DNA of 64,000 nt from Eledone cirrhosa (lineage: Eukaryota): the NCBI GenBank assembly GCA_964016885.1, contig OZ024741.1, positions 198,400,001 to 198,464,000 of the forward strand, written 5' to 3'. The first letter of the stretch is position 1, and each line of letters begins with the position of its first letter. The notes under the pieces were generated by a model. That model made no database searches. It was not told the origin of the DNA and was given only the letters and a program-made list of their open reading frames with translations. Shown here one piece after another: positions 61,114-64,000 of this stretch. The position numbers and the translations under genes were made by a program.

Positions 61114-62696
61114 TCAAGGATCAATTTCCCCCTCGTCCCTCTGCCTATGAAAGTCTGCCGTCCAGGTCGGTGGTCTACGACTTCGTTGCAATCTTCGTAG
61201 TATTGGGGCAGGGCTCTGGGTTTCCACCTCATCTTGGGTTTCCTCTTCCTCGGAGTCCGTCGATACAGTGATTCTTCTTACATCCAGGACATGACGTGGT
61301 ACCCCGTCCACGGACACATTGTTCTTTGAATGTACGGCCGTCACCGTTCCCCTTCCCCATTGAGATGTGCACCGTGCATCTGGGGGCTTAACCCAGACTT
61401 CTTCGCCCACCTGCACGAATGCACTCTCTCTCCCCACTGGCCGTTGTGGTGGCGTGCACGGGTGCCGCCACTCGTATTTGAATACTGCTCTGTGTGGCAC
61501 CGATTCCTCGACCTGTCCAACCCGAGGGGACATATTGTACCAGAACACTGCCTCCATTGGTGAGATATGGCCCCGCTCCGCCATTGCCTTGATCGTCTGG
61601 TGGTGTCGCTCCACGATTCCATTCCCGCTCGGCCTGTGCGCCGCTCTGAAGAAACGGTCCACCTTCCATCCCTCGAGCATCCCCCTCAGTGCCTCCGAGC
61701 GGAACGCTGCGCTGTTGTCCATCAGCAGTTCATCCACAGGGCCCCGCTCCAAGAACACCTCTCTCAACGTCCGCACGATTTCCTCGGCCGTTCCGGTCTT
61801 CATCTCCCTCCATATCGCCACTCGACCTGGTCCACAGTCGACCATCGAGAGGTACGTTCCCTGCCGGTAGTGCGTCACATCCACCGCTAATCGCTTCCAG
61901 TCGCGATCCACCGGGAGGCTTCCCGTTTCGTGTACACCCGGGGCGGGATCAATGAACTGACATCGGACGCAGCCTCTAACGACCCCCCGAACACTGTGTC
62001 TGCTAACGTCCGAGTCGATTCTCCTGGCTAGGAACAGGCTCCTATCCACCCCCATGTGGTGCATGTCATGCAACCCCTTCAGGTCTAACTCGGTCAGCCG
62101 ACACACGGCAGCTATCTCATCCTCTACCTCCTCCGGCGCTTCCATCCAGGCTTTCTTCACTCTAGTTAAGATGTCCGCCCTATTTTTCTCTGAGGGCACG
62201 AACACTACGCTCAGCTTCAGGTCGAACTCGGTGGCCAGCTCTCTTAACGTTCCCATGCGTCGCTTTATCAGCATCTCCGCCGCGCCTCTCGTTCGCACTC
62301 TCTTCTCACTGGTGAGCACTGATCTTACCCATCCGAGTACGGTAGCCGAGTCGGTGCGTATCTCGATGGTGCGCAGCCCCCACCGCAGGGCGAGGTTCAC
62401 CCCTCTCAACACCGCGTCCAGTTCGGCCACATTGATGTGGCTGCAGTCGTCCTTCCCCGTACCGCTATTTCCATCTCGCTGCGACCTCGGCATTCAATTT
62501 TCCTGCCGTCGACTGCCCTTACGCTGCTCTTCCCTCCCCACCTCTGCGCCACCCCCGCGGTCACCAGTGTCGTCGTACAGCCCGTATCCACGAGGGCTCG
62601 CTGTGGCTTCCCCCTCACGAAGACCTCCACCACCGGCAGCGCCGCTACTCGTAAGGGGCAACTACCGGCGCAGTAGTTCCCCTTAGACCGTTTCCC
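61114..62696 (-). pseudogene. pol: Truncated pol: protease, deletion, RNase H C-terminus and integrase
   Basis: ALVDTGC (protease), then HINVAELDAV..IRTDS (RNase H), HHCC, and AVD/MDN/VER (DDE integrase). No RT motifs between them. Confidence 0.88.
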
Positions 62697-63406
62697 TGGT
62701 CGCAGTTAGTAGCGATGTGGCCTGGTCGCTTACACCGGTAGCAGATTATATCCGGCTTCGACTCTCTACAGTCTCTAGCCATATGCGGCCCCTGACACCT
62801 AAAACAACGGCCCTTAAATTCTCGCGAACGGCCGCGTGCCGAGGTTGCCTCCCTTTGACCATTTCGCTGCCAGGTGTCCTGAGCCTCCGTAGTCGCTATC
62901 GCCGCGACACTCTTTTTGGCATCTTCCGCTATGATCCGGGCTTGTTCCACCAGTGAACGCATTTCCATCTTCTTGTACCCCGGGACTTGCTGCAGTTTCA
63001 CCGCTATGTCGTCCGGAAATCCATTGATGAATGCCAACCGCACCGTGCGTTCGCATTCTGCCTGGTAGCCCGCCAACATAGCCAACCGCCTTATTTCCGT
63101 TGCGAAAATGTCGACGCGCTCACCATTCCACCTGATTCTCGCCAGCTTAGCAAAAGCCGCCAACGGTCCCTCGGCGAATGCATCCATCAGACGCCTCTCA
63201 ATCTTCTGCACATCTCTTTGGCTGTGCTCGTCCAACTCAAGGAAGAGTACCAACGCGTCACCCTCGAGGTACAATGCAATGAGACCGGCCACGTCTTCTA
63301 TCTTCTGCAAGCCCGCAACCAGCCGAACCTTCCGCAGCCAAGCGACAACATCACCTTCCCCGGTGAATGGCCTGATAGCTTCGTTCATCCGTAGTCTTGT
63401 CGCCAT
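62645..63406 (-). CDS. gag: Gag with two CCHC zinc knuckles (LTR element)
   Basis: Intact 253-aa ORF containing CFRCQGPHMARDC and CYRCKRPGHIATNC. Confidence 0.88.
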   Translation of the reverse strand: MATRLRMNEAIRPFTGEGDVVAWLRKVRLVAGLQKIEDVAGLIALYLEGDALVLFLELDEHSQRDVQKIERRLMDAFAEGPLAAFAKLARIRWNGERVDIFATEIRRLAMLAGYQAECERTVRLAFINGFPDDIAVKLQQVPGYKKMEMRSLVEQARIIAEDAKKSVAAIATTEAQDTWQRNGQREATSARGRSREFKGRCFRCQGPHMARDCRESKPDIICYRCKRPGHIATNCDQGNGLRGTTAPVVAPYE

Positions 63407-63761
63407 CTTCTGATTTGTTTTGCGGCGTTTTCTTTTTTTTTTTTTTTTTTTTTTCAGTCGCCGAAATAGCTTGTAGTTAGAAAAAGCTATCTCACTTACC
63501 GCTTTTCACAGGCGCCGCTCAATTCCGCTGCAGGTACTCCTCTTCCACGTGCGTCCGACTGCTTAAAACCGGGAGCTGCCCAAAACGCGTCCTCACCGTA
63601 TGCTGGTCACCACTAGAGAGAGGCCCTCTCCTGGCCCTTCCGGTCGAGCATCCTTCCGGTCAAAGACCCCTTCCGGTCGAGCACTCAAAAACCCCTTCCG
63701 GTCGAGCACTCCCCCGCCCCCCGCCCCCGGCCACCGCACGCCACACCATACCCACACTAGC

Positions 63762-64000
63762 CTCGAGAATAATATTAATTTCGTCCTCCGTTAGGTCGGA
63801 ATTGACCTTAGCAAACGATAGGGCCTTACGTAAAGTGCTTGGTGAGATGGAAGAGTAGTATTCGTCTATGTCAAATTGTATAAACTTAGATTTATTCTTA
63901 TTCTTAACATTATTAAACCAGCGAATTGCTTCGCTAGTGTTGCCCCATAATTTAATTTCAATTTTCTTTTTCACTTGAGTTATTACTCTGTCAAGTATAT
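63762..64000 (-). mobile_element. Upstream continuation of the Penelope-like RT
   Basis: FIQFDIDEYYSSIS..IILEA rejoins RKTIIKFD..FDITMGS in frame across the TSD. Confidence 0.9.

Larger units (their letters stand above)
60825..63756 (-). mobile_element. Gypsy-type LTR retrotransposon lacking RT, inserted into the PLE
   Basis: LTRs at 60825-61100 and 63472-63756 (TG...CA), 5-bp TSD CTAGC, PPT AGGGGGGCG, and gag, protease, RNase H and integrase. Confidence 0.95.

Overview
AT-rich, intron-containing animal genomic DNA. The repeat complement (RTE LINEs with (GAT)n tails, tRNA-derived SINEs, long (TA)n tracts) suggests a cephalopod such as Octopus; this is inference, not proof. The only host gene I can support is the last three coding exons of ECH1 (delta3,5-delta2,4-dienoyl-CoA isomerase, ending in a PTS1 -SKL) at 5668-9987 (+). 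Most of the rest is nested transposon debris: many RTE-clade LINE copies carrying a PHD finger inside the RT, CR1, L1/Tx1, R4/Dong and CRE-clade fragments, two Penelope-like elements, DD37D mariner relics, hAT and piggyBac-type MITEs, several Helitrons, and an RT-less Gypsy-type LTR element with intact LTRs and a target-site duplication (TSD). The most notable non-coding signals are: (i) histone-mRNA-type 3' stem-loops in a Helitron 3' tandem repeat and at the apex of a nested inverted repeat, with no histone gene nearby; (ii) about five type-I hammerhead ribozyme motifs, one at the apex of a perfect 420-bp palindrome and one bounding a 476-bp retrozyme-like unit; (iii) two large palindromes preceded by the same short element; and (iv) a -1 frameshift slippery site with a pseudoknot in the LTR element. 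All calls come from manual reading; no database searches were run.
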